From: Thermodesulfobacteriota bacterium
Lineage (GTDB): Bacteria; Desulfobacterota_D; UBA1144; Nemesobacterales; Nemesobacteraceae
Direction of reading: 5' to 3'
Length of the DNA stretch: 64,000 bases
Assembly: GCA_965243595.1 (NCBI GenBank)
Contig: OZ251569.1
Location: 1,877,907-1,941,906, forward strand
Both the position numbers and the translations under genes were made by a program. The notes under the pieces were generated by a model. It was given only the letters and a program-made list of their open reading frames with translations, was not told where the DNA came from and searched no databases. This document shows positions 49,374-58,261 of this stretch, one piece after another (positions within the stretch are counted from its first letter, which is position 1; each line of letters opens with the position of its first letter).

Positions 49374-49404
49374 GAAACGCGCGGCGCGCGAGCGAGGAGA
49401 CGGT

Positions 49405-50241
49405 TTGCCGATAAACCTGGGAACAGCGCCCTTCCTAAACGCCCGCCCCCTAGTCCACGCTCTCGAAAGAGACGGCGCCGGGGGCGGGTTCAACGTGATG
49501 TACTTCGAGCCCTCCGTTCTCCGCGGGAAGCTCGACGAGGGAGCGGTGGACGTGGGACTCGTTCCTTCGGTCGAGCTTCTGCGGGGCGGCGGACTCGTCG
49601 TCCTGCCGGGCATCTCCATATCCTCTTTCGGAAAAGTCGACAGCGTCGTGCTGGCTTCGAGAAGGGACGTGGAGTCCGTCAAAGCGGTCGCCGTCGACAG
49701 CGGGTCGAGAAGCTCCGCGGCCCTTCTCAGGATCGTTTTCGAACTTTTCCTCGGCGTCTCGCCCGAGTACGTCGCGAGGGAGCCCGGAAACGGATTTTTC
49801 GACGGCGTGGACGCGGGAATGCTGATAGGCGACCGAGGCCTCAGGGCTCTTCACCGCGGCCTCGCCGACTTTCCCCTGACCTACGACCTCGGGGAGATAT
49901 GGACCGCGAAGACCGGCCTTCCCTTCGTGTACGCCGTGTTCGCGGCGAAAAAGGGAGTTTCTCTGGGCGACTGCCCCGGGCGGTTGTTGTCGGCCAGGGA
50001 GCAAGGAGAGGGTCTCGTTTCCGAAATAGCGGAGGCGGAGGCGGAGAGACTGGGGCTCGGCAGGGAGCAGTGCGCCACCTACCTGGGAAACAGGATAAGG
50101 TACGGCCTGGGCGGGCGGGAAATCGAGGGACTAATGAGGTACCGCGAGCTTCTGGCGAGCCTCGGGGAGATTGAAGCCGGAGGCGGAATCGAGTTCTACG
50201 CGGACTCTCCCGAAGCGGAGAAACAAGGACAAGGAGAATAA
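49405..50241 (+). CDS. mqnA: Chorismate dehydratase MqnA (futalosine pathway)
   Basis: TTG start behind GAGGAGA. INLGTAPFLNARPLVHAL... and PFVYAVFAAKKG, typical of the MqnA/VitK2-biosynthesis family. Confidence 0.75.
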   Translation: MPINLGTAPFLNARPLVHALERDGAGGGFNVMYFEPSVLRGKLDEGAVDVGLVPSVELLRGGGLVVLPGISISSFGKVDSVVLASRRDVESVKAVAVDSGSRSSAALLRIVFELFLGVSPEYVAREPGNGFFDGVDAGMLIGDRGLRALHRGLADFPLTYDLGEIWTAKTGLPFVYAVFAAKKGVSLGDCPGRLLSAREQGEGLVSEIAEAEAERLGLGREQCATYLGNRIRYGLGGREIEGLMRYRELLASLGEIEAGGGIEFYADSPEAEKQGQGE

Positions 50242-50243
50242 GG

Positions 50244-51077
50244 ATGGAAAAACGCATCATGAGACTGGGCCACAGCCCGGACGCGGACGACGCCTTCATG
50301 TTCCACGGCATAGCCAGCGGAAAGGTGTCTTCGGAGACGATCGACTTTGAGCATGTCGTAGAGGACATACAGTCGCTTAACCGGAGGGCGCTTGCGGGAG
50401 AGCTCGAGGTCACGGCGATTTCCGCCCGCGCGTACCTGGGCGTCCAGGACCGCTACAGGATTCTTTCCTGCGGAGCCAGCATGGGAAAGGGCTACGGCCC
50501 CGTGGTGGTTTCGGGGAAAAGGCTCCCCGACCTTCGGGGAAAGACCGTGGCCGTGCCCGGAGAGCTCACGACCGCCTACCTTCTGCTGCGCATCTACGCC
50601 GACGGTTTCGTTCCGGTGGAAGTTCCCTTCGACCGGATCATCGACGAGGTGCTCGAAGGAAAGGCCGACGCGGGACTCCTCATACACGAGGGACAGCTCA
50701 CGTACCGGGATTTCGGTCTCGAGCTCCTGCTCGATCTCGGAGCCGAGTGGGCGGCGGAGACCGACCTTCCGATGCCGCTCGGGCTGAACGTCCTGCGAAG
50801 GGACGTCGGCGGCGGACTCGACGCGGAGGTTCTCCGCGTTCACAGGGAAAGCATAGAGTACGCGCTTTCCAACACGAAAGAAGCGCTCGACTACGCCATG
50901 CGCTTCGGAAGGGGGATGGACGAGGACACCGGGGAGAAGTTCGTTCTCATGTACGTGAACGAATGGACGAGAGACCTCGGAGAGAGCGGAACCGGGGCGC
51001 TTGAGCTCCTTTTCGAAAAGGCATGGAAGAAGGGACTGATACCGCAGAAGGGAAAGCTTGACATTCTCCGCGCCTGA
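50244..51077 (+). CDS. mqnD: 1,4-dihydroxy-6-naphthoate synthase MqnD (futalosine pathway)
   Basis: RLGHSPDADDAFMFHGIASGKV...EDIQSLNRRA resembles the MqnD SPCPNDTF-type N-terminus. It lies adjacent to mqnA. Confidence 0.7.
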   Translation: MEKRIMRLGHSPDADDAFMFHGIASGKVSSETIDFEHVVEDIQSLNRRALAGELEVTAISARAYLGVQDRYRILSCGASMGKGYGPVVVSGKRLPDLRGKTVAVPGELTTAYLLLRIYADGFVPVEVPFDRIIDEVLEGKADAGLLIHEGQLTYRDFGLELLLDLGAEWAAETDLPMPLGLNVLRRDVGGGLDAEVLRVHRESIEYALSNTKEALDYAMRFGRGMDEDTGEKFVLMYVNEWTRDLGESGTGALELLFEKAWKKGLIPQKGKLDILRA

Positions 51078-51206
51078 AAATCCCCGACGCGCCATGTCCG
51101 TTGTGGATTTACGGGGAGGTTTTCTGTTATAATGGTTGTTCGGATTTGAATCGCCGCGACGGCTGACGGTCCCGGCGGAAAACATTCAAGGGAGGAGCAT
51201 TTGGAG

Positions 51207-53741
51207 ATGAAGGATCATTCTCGCTTTTACGCGGCCGCGGGACTCTTCGCGGTCGTTTCGTTTTTTATTCTGCTTACCACGACTTTGAGCGCCGTGGCGG
51301 GAGGGGCTCCCCAGGCCCAGGCCGCGGCCGCTTCGCAGGACGAAGAAATCTCGGCCGAGCGGGGTTCCTCGACCGACGGAAATTCTTCGGCCGACCGGAA
51401 TTACCCGGCCGACGGCTCGAGCGCGCTGCTCCCCGGCGCCTACGGTCTCCAGAAGATGATAGTGACGGCCACCAGGAGGGAATCCGACTTGCGGGACCTG
51501 GCTTTCTCGGTGAACGTGCAGTCCGAAGAGGATCTTCAGCGCCTGAACACCGCCAACATAGAAGAGCTTGCGAACAACGTGGCGGGACTTTCCATACAGA
51601 ACCTCGGGCCCGGGCAGAGCGTCGTGAACATCCGAGGCGTTTCCTCGGGACAGATTGTGCGCGACCAGCCGGGGGTGAAAGAACAGGTGGGAGTCTATCT
51701 TGACGAAACCCCGATCTCGCTTTCGCTTTTCACTCCCGACCTCGACCTGTTCGACCTCAACCGCGTTGAGACCCTGAGAGGACCGCAGGGCACGCTTTTC
51801 GGCTCCGGCTCCATCGGCGGCACCGTGCGCTACATAACCAACCAGCCCAAGCTCGGCGTGGTCGAAACGAAGTCTGAAGTCGATATGAACCTAGTCGGCG
51901 AAGATTCGTTCGGAGGTCACCTCAAAAGCGCCTTCAACGTTCCGCTCGGGGAGACGGCGGCGATCCGCATGGTCGCCTACGGGACGAAATACGCGGGCTT
52001 CATCGACGCGCTTCGCGAAACCGGAGGAACGACAGAGGACATAAACGACGGCAGGCGCTTCGGCGGCCGCCTGGCTCTGCTTTTCAAGCCGACGGACAGC
52101 ATCTCGATCACTCCGCGCATCGTCTACCAGAACATAGACATGGACGGCTTTAACCGCGACGAGGTGTTTAACCTGTTCGCCAACCCGCACACGGAATCGA
52201 ATGGGACTCCTTCCCGTCCTCCTGTTCAACTGGGCAAGCGCCAGCAGCACCTGCTGCTCGACGAGGCGTTTGAGGACGAGACCCTTATTGTAGACACGGT
52301 GGCGGAACTGGAACTGGACCCGGTCAGCGTCAGATACATGTTCAGCTACACCAAGCGCGACATACTGGTCAGCCGCGACGCGAGCGCGCTTTCTGGAAGC
52401 GTAAGCGTCGATCTTAATTTTGATGACGAGGCGCTTCTGCCTTCCAACCTGCGCGACACGACCGACCTCAAGCAGATGACCCACGAAGTGCACTTCAGTT
52501 CAAACAACGAGAGTATCCTTCAGTGGCTGGGCGGCGTGTTCTACTCGAAGACGGACCGCGACTACCGCCAGGCCCTTCCGACTCCAGGGTACGACGCTTT
52601 CGTGGATGAAGCACGAGGAGCGGGAACCTCGGACTCTCTTCGAAACGGCATCGCGGACACGGACTCACCATATAATTCCTACCTGCCGTACGACATAAGA
52701 CAGGTCGCTCTGTTCGGCGAGTCGACACTTACGCTTCTCGACCGTCTGGACCTGACCGCCGGTCTGCGGTGGTACGACTGGAAGGAGAACCGCTCCTTTA
52801 CCTCGGGCGGCCTTTTCTCAAACAGCGACACCCAGAGCGACGAGACGAAGTCAAACGGCTTCACACCCAGATTCATGGTCAACTACGCGGTTACCGATCA
52901 AGTCTCCGTAAACGCGCAAGCCTCAAGAGGATTCCGGCTGGGTGGAGTCAACGACCCGATCAACAGGGATCTCTGCCGAGGGTCAGACATCCAAACCTTC
53001 GGGAACTTCAAGAAGTATGACGATGAAACGCTCTGGAACTACGAATTCGGCGTAAAGTCGTTCTTCGAAAACGTAACGGTCAACGCGTCGGCGTTCTACA
53101 CCAAGATCAAGGACCTGCAAATCAGCATGGATGCCGGCACCTGCTCTTCCCGTATTTCCTTTAACGTGCCGAAGGCGCATACGGTGGGTACGGAGCTTGA
53201 ACTTCAGGCATACCTGACGGACGCCCTGCAGATATCTTTCGCCGGCAGCTACGTAAAGGCCGAATTTGACAGTACCGTAACGAACGCCGACAACGAAGTC
53301 ATCGGCGGCATAAAAGACGGCAACCGTCTGCCGTCAACGCCCGACTGGCAGTTTTCCGCGGCCGCCACTTACACTTTTCCGGGCATCATGAGGGCGGACG
53401 AAAGCTATCTCACCGCCGCCTGGCAGTACGTGGGCGAGCGGATCACGCAGTCTGGCGACCAAGTTGAAGGCGCGGGAACGTTCCTGCACAATTTTCCCGG
53501 TTTTGCGGGCATGGCGGAGGGTGATGCAACGACCTTGGATCTGGAACTGGATCCGTACCATCTCGTCAACCTGAGCACGGGTCTGGTTTACGGGAACCTG
53601 GAATTCATGCTCTACGTGAAGAATCTCACGGACAAAAACGCACGGCTCTCGTTCGACCGCGAACGCGGCGGACGGGCCCGGCTCTCATACAGGGTGATTC
53701 AGCCCCGAACGTTCGGTCTGGTCACGCGCATGTACTTCTGA
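51207..53741 (+). CDS. TonB-dependent outer membrane receptor
   Basis: Signal peptide, plug domain (IVTATRRES..., NIRGVSS..., VETLRGPQGTLFGSGSIGG), a long barrel and the terminal ...TRMYF. Confidence 0.85.
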   Translation: MKDHSRFYAAAGLFAVVSFFILLTTTLSAVAGGAPQAQAAAASQDEEISAERGSSTDGNSSADRNYPADGSSALLPGAYGLQKMIVTATRRESDLRDLAFSVNVQSEEDLQRLNTANIEELANNVAGLSIQNLGPGQSVVNIRGVSSGQIVRDQPGVKEQVGVYLDETPISLSLFTPDLDLFDLNRVETLRGPQGTLFGSGSIGGTVRYITNQPKLGVVETKSEVDMNLVGEDSFGGHLKSAFNVPLGETAAIRMVAYGTKYAGFIDALRETGGTTEDINDGRRFGGRLALLFKPTDSISITPRIVYQNIDMDGFNRDEVFNLFANPHTESNGTPSRPPVQLGKRQQHLLLDEAFEDETLIVDTVAELELDPVSVRYMFSYTKRDILVSRDASALSGSVSVDLNFDDEALLPSNLRDTTDLKQMTHEVHFSSNNESILQWLGGVFYSKTDRDYRQALPTPGYDAFVDEARGAGTSDSLRNGIADTDSPYNSYLPYDIRQVALFGESTLTLLDRLDLTAGLRWYDWKENRSFTSGGLFSNSDTQSDETKSNGFTPRFMVNYAVTDQVSVNAQASRGFRLGGVNDPINRDLCRGSDIQTFGNFKKYDDETLWNYEFGVKSFFENVTVNASAFYTKIKDLQISMDAGTCSSRISFNVPKAHTVGTELELQAYLTDALQISFAGSYVKAEFDSTVTNADNEVIGGIKDGNRLPSTPDWQFSAAATYTFPGIMRADESYLTAAWQYVGERITQSGDQVEGAGTFLHNFPGFAGMAEGDATTLDLELDPYHLVNLSTGLVYGNLEFMLYVKNLTDKNARLSFDRERGGRARLSYRVIQPRTFGLVTRMYF

Positions 53742-53777
53742 ATCAAGGGAGCGGCCATCGTGCCGCCCGACAGTCTC

Positions 53778-53824
53778 AAAGCCCCGAACGGCGTTTTCCG
53801 CGACGCACGTTCGGGGCTTTTTTC
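53778..53824. terminator. Bidirectional intrinsic terminator between convergent genes
   Basis: aaagccccgaacg (53778-53790) pairs with cgttcggggcttt (53808-53820). It is followed by a T-run on the plus strand and preceded by an A-run. Confidence 0.6.
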
Positions 53825-54896
53825 ATGGACGGAGAACCCGTTCTCCGCGAGCCTTCCCGATAAAATCCAGCAGAAAACCGACCAGGTTTCGAAACTCCTT
53901 TTCCCGAACCTTCGGCATTCTGAGCCTGTCGCTTATCTCGACCTGTACAGCCGGAACGGAAAACCGCCTGGCGGCGAACTTCGCCACGGTCATCTGCCTC
54001 GCGGCCGGGAACACGTCGGGACTTCCTGCCCGGATTCCGCGTTTTTCCGCGGACGCGTAGAACCGTTCGAGAACATCGGCGTTTCCCAGAAGAAACTCTC
54101 CGTCCTCGCCCACGCCGGGAAAAATATCCTCGGGCCTCTCGTTGCCGGTGCCGTGGAGGTCCACGACAAGCTCTATCTTCCTTTCGGAAATAATTTCCCC
54201 GACGGAGTCTTTGAAACCGCAGTCGTCCCTGTAGTTCGGGTCCGTTTTCTGCCGCCTGTTCGCGTAAAGACAGTGGCAGCCCAGGGCGGAATGCAGTATC
54301 GTCCCGAGCGCCGCCGTGTAGAACTCGTGGCGCTTCGGCTTTCCCGTTCTCACGTGGACGGTGGAATGGGGACAGGTGACCAGAACCGGAATCTCGCCTT
54401 CGAGAAAAACCGTTTCCTCGCGGGCGTCCCCGGGCTCCATCCTGTAGTAGCGCTTGTGGAGGTCCTCAAAACCCGCGGCGAAGGAAAGAGGGTCCTTCCT
54501 GCAAAGGCTCGGACCGAAAAGCCAGTTGCCGCTCGCGGAGAGATCCTCGTCGCGAAGCGTCTTCCTGATCCTCGGGCCCGCTTGGTAGACGTAGAAGAAA
54601 TCCCCTCCGCGGCGGAGGACCGATCTTGAAAAAAGTCCCTCGCGGATTCCCTCGACGCGGTCGATCCGCTCCATGAATCCCTCGCCGTCATCCGGAAGAG
54701 CGTAGAGCTCTCCCCGGATTCCCGGGGAAGAAGTTCCGCCGAGCACGCAGGCAGGATAGCCGAAAGGGGTCAGGTAGAGAGCCCCCGGAACCTTCATCGC
54801 CCTCATGAACCTGCACGGCTCGAGATGACCGCTTCTCGCCTCCCCCTTGCGAAGGGTTCCGTAAACGAAAAGCGCTTCGGGGCGGGACCCGTTCAC
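53823..54896 (-). CDS. Fusion protein: gamma-glutamylcyclotransferase-like (AIG2/GGACT) N-domain plus N-formylglutamate amidohydrolase-like C-domain
   Basis: GTG 54896 overlaps the upstream stop (GTGA). The N-domain is ALFVYGTLRKGEARSGHL...GELYALPDD...IDRVEG. The C-domain is VLVTCPHS...DPNYRDD...VVDLHGTG. The 139 upstream codons of the track ORF overlap the amidohydrolase gene and are Arg/Gly junk. Confidence 0.65.
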   Translation of the reverse strand: MNGSRPEALFVYGTLRKGEARSGHLEPCRFMRAMKVPGALYLTPFGYPACVLGGTSSPGIRGELYALPDDGEGFMERIDRVEGIREGLFSRSVLRRGGDFFYVYQAGPRIRKTLRDEDLSASGNWLFGPSLCRKDPLSFAAGFEDLHKRYYRMEPGDAREETVFLEGEIPVLVTCPHSTVHVRTGKPKRHEFYTAALGTILHSALGCHCLYANRRQKTDPNYRDDCGFKDSVGEIISERKIELVVDLHGTGNERPEDIFPGVGEDGEFLLGNADVLERFYASAEKRGIRAGSPDVFPAARQMTVAKFAARRFSVPAVQVEISDRLRMPKVREKEFRNLVGFLLDFIGKARGERVLRP

Positions 54897-56155
54897 GGCC
54901 GGCCCGATCCGCTTCGGCGGGATTCTCCCCCGCGGAGAAATTCCCCCCTCACCATGGAGAAAACGACGTCCTCCGGCTTCGAGTTCACCACCGCGCGGTA
55001 CGGGTCGGAGGAGGCCGCTTCGCCGCACTCCACGCAGACGATGTCCGCGTCCTTTCCGGCCTCGAGGCTTCCCGTCCTCTCCTCGATGAAAAGAGCCCCG
55101 GCTCCTCCCAGGGTGGCGAAGCGGACGGCCAGGCGGTCGCCCCGCCCGACTCCCTGCCTCTCCATCATGTCGCGGGCGGCTCTCATCTCCCCGAAAAAAT
55201 CGAGGTCCTCGTTGCTCGAAAGTCCGTCGGTTCCGAGACCCACCCTGTCCAGTCCCGCCATAAGGCGCATGTCGGGCTCCCCCACGCCTATAAAGACGTT
55301 GCTTCTCGGACACAGAACCACTCCCATGTCCCTGCCGCGAATCGTCTCCGCGTCCCCCGCGCCCGTCTGCACCACGTGGACGGCCGAGAGCTTCACGCTT
55401 CTCTCCCCCGCCAGTCCGTCGATATAGCTAACCGGCGTCGGAGAAGCGGGCCTCGGAAAACTTTCTTTCCCCATGAGAGGAAATATCCTTTGCTCGAAGC
55501 CGTTGGGGGCGTTTCTCAGAAACAGGGCCTCGTCGGGACTCTCGCCTAGGTGCGCGCCCAGCGGGACGCCGGTTTCCGCGGCCCTTCGGAACGCGGCCCC
55601 GAAAAGCCCGGGACCGCAGGAATAGGGAGCGTGGGGAAAAAGCCTCTCCTCGTAAAGATCCCCCGCCGCGAGTTCGAGGGAGGACACGTCGGGGAGATGT
55701 CGGTCGAAAAGCTCCAGAAACGCCACGGCCCTTATTCCCGAGTCCCCGAGAATCCCCCTCCCTGGGGAACCGAGGGAGCATATGTCCCCGACGGTCGTGA
55801 CTCCGCACGAAATCGTGTCGCGAAGCCCCCGGCGAACCGACTCCCTCACTAGGTCGTCGTCCGCGCGGGCGGACCTGAGAGCCATCATGCGTTCGAGCCA
55901 CCCGGTGAAACCTTCGAAATCTCGGATCTTTCCCCCGGTCCAGCCGAGCTCCAGGTGGGTGTGCGCGTTTACGAACCCCGGAAGGATCACCGAGCCCGGC
56001 GCGCCTGTTTTCCGAAAACCCGGGTAAGCCGCCGCGAGGCGCCGGGCCGTCCCGACGGCCGCTATGCGGCCGCCCTCCACGGCGACCGCGCCGCCCTCCA
56101 CGGGCCCGGAACTTACCGGAAGAACGACATCGGCTGTAAGAAGGATTCCGTCCAT
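54893..56155 (-). CDS. Amidohydrolase-superfamily deaminase (MTA/SAH- or aminodeoxyfutalosine-deaminase-like)
   Basis: 420 aa. LPGFVNAHTHLELG (HxH metal site), ...HLGES..., ...GLGTDG.... Confidence 0.75.
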   Translation of the reverse strand: MDGILLTADVVLPVSSGPVEGGAVAVEGGRIAAVGTARRLAAAYPGFRKTGAPGSVILPGFVNAHTHLELGWTGGKIRDFEGFTGWLERMMALRSARADDDLVRESVRRGLRDTISCGVTTVGDICSLGSPGRGILGDSGIRAVAFLELFDRHLPDVSSLELAAGDLYEERLFPHAPYSCGPGLFGAAFRRAAETGVPLGAHLGESPDEALFLRNAPNGFEQRIFPLMGKESFPRPASPTPVSYIDGLAGERSVKLSAVHVVQTGAGDAETIRGRDMGVVLCPRSNVFIGVGEPDMRLMAGLDRVGLGTDGLSSNEDLDFFGEMRAARDMMERQGVGRGDRLAVRFATLGGAGALFIEERTGSLEAGKDADIVCVECGEAASSDPYRAVVNSKPEDVVFSMVRGEFLRGGESRRSGSGRP

Positions 56156-56195
56156 GCCCGTCCCGCGGGAGCCGGGCGCCCCGCCCGCCGCGACG

Positions 56196-57062
56196 TTACG
56201 AAGGTAGGTCTCTCAGCCTTCGAAGAACATCCCCGCTCAGCGTTCCCGAGAAGACCTCCTCGACTTCGCCCCGCATCGTGATCGACCAGTCCTCCGCCAC
56301 GCTTACGTCGAGCCGCCCGCCCGGCATCAGGACCCCGACGCTTCTTTCGGTCAGACCCGACTTCACGCACGCGGCAGCCACGGCGCAGGAACTGCTTCCC
56401 GAGGCGAGCGTGTAGCCCGCACCCCGCTCCCAGATGAGAATGCGCACGCTTCGCGGAGAAAGCACCCGGGCAAACTGGACGTTCGTCCTGTTCGGAAAAA
56501 CGGGATGGTTCTCTATCTCGGGACCGAGCTTTCTCAGCAGGTCCTCTTCGAGCCCCCCGACGAAGACTACGCAGTGGGGATTGCCGACGGAGACCGCCGT
56601 GAACTCGAGCTCGCCCGAGGAAAGGCGAAGTTTCTCCCCGACCGCTTCGTCTTTCCCGATGTCCACCGGTATCCCGGCGCAGGAAAAAACCGCCCTGCCC
56701 ATCTCGACCGTGACCCGGCGGACCTTTCCGTCCTCGGTCTCGACTTCGGCCGCGACCAGACCCCCGGGGGTGTCTATGGAGAAGGTCTTTCGGGAAGCGT
56801 GTCCCTTTTCGTAGAGGTACTTCGCGAAGATGCGGAGTCCGTTTCCGCTCTTTTCCGCCTCGCTTCCGTCGGGATTGAGTATCCTGAGTCCGAAATCCCC
56901 CCTGCCCGGGGGGACCAGCAGAAGTATCCCGTCCGAACCCACCCCGTAGTTCCGGTCGCATATGAGCCTGACGGCGGCGGGGCCGAGCTCGAAATCGATC
57001 TCGGCCCCGTCGATGACGACGTAGTCGTTTCCCAGCCCGTGCGATTTGACGAATCGGTTCAC
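56196..57062 (-). CDS. dapF: Diaminopimelate epimerase
   Basis: FVKSHGLGNDYVVID...NPDGSEAEKSGNGLR...ERGAGYTLASGSSSCA. Confidence 0.85.
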   Translation of the reverse strand: MNRFVKSHGLGNDYVVIDGAEIDFELGPAAVRLICDRNYGVGSDGILLLVPPGRGDFGLRILNPDGSEAEKSGNGLRIFAKYLYEKGHASRKTFSIDTPGGLVAAEVETEDGKVRRVTVEMGRAVFSCAGIPVDIGKDEAVGEKLRLSSGELEFTAVSVGNPHCVVFVGGLEEDLLRKLGPEIENHPVFPNRTNVQFARVLSPRSVRILIWERGAGYTLASGSSSCAVAAACVKSGLTERSVGVLMPGGRLDVSVAEDWSITMRGEVEEVFSGTLSGDVLRRLRDLPS

Positions 57063-57101
57063 GGCCCCGCGCGCCCCGGGAAAACGTACGGTTGAAAGCC
57101 C

Positions 57102-57305
57102 CTAGTCTTCAAGAATGAAGGTGATCCTCACGTGGGCCCTGTACTCGGCGATGCGCCCGTTCTCTATGTGGGCGTTCATCTTCGTAACCTCGATCCCGGT
57201 AAGTCCCCTTATGGTCTTGTTTGCCCTGTCGAGAGCCTCCTGCACGGCGTCGTCCCACGACTTTTCCGACGATCCTATCACTTCGGTCACTCTGGCTACT
57301 GCCAT
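57102..57305 (-). CDS. Dodecin-family flavin-binding protein
   Basis: ATG 57305 sits behind GAGGAGGAG. MAVARVTEVIGSSEKSWDDAVQEALDRANKTIRGLTGIEV... Confidence 0.8.
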   Translation of the reverse strand: MAVARVTEVIGSSEKSWDDAVQEALDRANKTIRGLTGIEVTKMNAHIENGRIAEYRAHVRITFILED

Positions 57306-57407
57306 ACGACTCCTCCTCAAAACAGTTTCTGGTCCCGCTCGGGGGGATATATTATAACGCCGCCCGCGGTTTTTTGTAGCCCGCCGAGAGGAAAGACCCC
57401 GAGCGGG

Positions 57408-58211
57408 CTATCCGAACCTGTGCTGCCCGGGAAAGACGTATCCCACCGCGAACGTCACCATGACTATGCAGAATCCCGCCACGGCCCAGGCCGCGGCGCG
57501 CCTTCCCCTCCAGCCGAGCGAGAGACGGCCGTTTATCAGAAAGGCGTAGAGAACCCAGGTGACCGTGGACCACGTCTCCTTGGCTCCCCACGTCCAGCTA
57601 TCGCTCCATATCTCCCTGGCGAGCACGAAACCCATCACGAGGCTCGCGGTCAGGAGCGGAAAACCGATCAGGAGACTCAGGTGGTTTATCCTGTCGAGGG
57701 TGGTGAGGGAGGGAAGCTTCTTGAGGTGGCTTCCGATCCTCTTGGACTTGAGCCGGCTTTCCTGGAACATGTAGATCAGCCCCGCTATGAAAGACATGGC
57801 GAAAAACGCCTCGCCGAGAAACACGGAAAATATGTGGGCGACTATCCAGGGATTGCCGAGAGTCGGGTCCTGGGCGATGATTCCGCTCGGAATGATCAGG
57901 TAGGGGACGGTGCCTATGAACGCCACGGGGAGGGCGAAAGCTCCGAGCACCGGGGTCCTGAACCTGGCCTGCGATACCAGAAACGCGAGAACCAGGAGCC
58001 ACGAAAAGATGAAAAGCGGCCGGGAGGCGTTTCCCGCGAGCGTCTCTCCCCGCAGGAGAAAGCCCGCGAGCAGGGCAGTGTGTCCTACCGCGCCCGCCGC
58101 GGCCAGCCACAGTCCCGCGCGGGAGATTTTTCCTTTCTGCGACCACAGGTACGTTCCGTAAATAAGGGAGGAGAGGAAGTAAAGGGCGGAGATGGCGTAT
58201 ATGACCTTCAT
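57408..58211 (-). CDS. Cytochrome c assembly protein family membrane protein (CcsA/HemX-like)
   Basis: Internal ATG 58211, 267 aa, about 8 TM helices, with a W-rich segment WSDSWTWGAKETWS. The upstream 339 codons of ORF 57408-59228 are antisense to prfA. Confidence 0.75.
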   Translation of the reverse strand: MKVIYAISALYFLSSLIYGTYLWSQKGKISRAGLWLAAAGAVGHTALLAGFLLRGETLAGNASRPLFIFSWLLVLAFLVSQARFRTPVLGAFALPVAFIGTVPYLIIPSGIIAQDPTLGNPWIVAHIFSVFLGEAFFAMSFIAGLIYMFQESRLKSKRIGSHLKKLPSLTTLDRINHLSLLIGFPLLTASLVMGFVLAREIWSDSWTWGAKETWSTVTWVLYAFLINGRLSLGWRGRRAAAWAVAGFCIVMVTFAVGYVFPGQHRFG

Positions 58212-58261
58212 CGGGATATATTCTATTGCCGGGACCCGGCAAATACAAATCCGCCCGGGCT

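Noticed and set aside
51078-51206. Possible cobalamin or other riboswitch in front of the TonB-dependent receptor.
   Set aside because: The intergenic region is only about 130 nt including a -10-like TATAAT (about 51138) and the SD. That is too short for a B12 riboswitch, and no conserved riboswitch core was recognisable.
54897-55313. N-terminal extensions of track ORFs: 53823-55313, 57408-59228, 18968-21301, 37669-39372, 38838-39650, 21427-22419, 7979-9214 and 33199-35022.
   Set aside because: The extended parts overlap the neighbouring gene, are Arg-rich, and precede an internal start that has an SD, a signal peptide or a start/stop overlap. The shorter forms are annotated instead.
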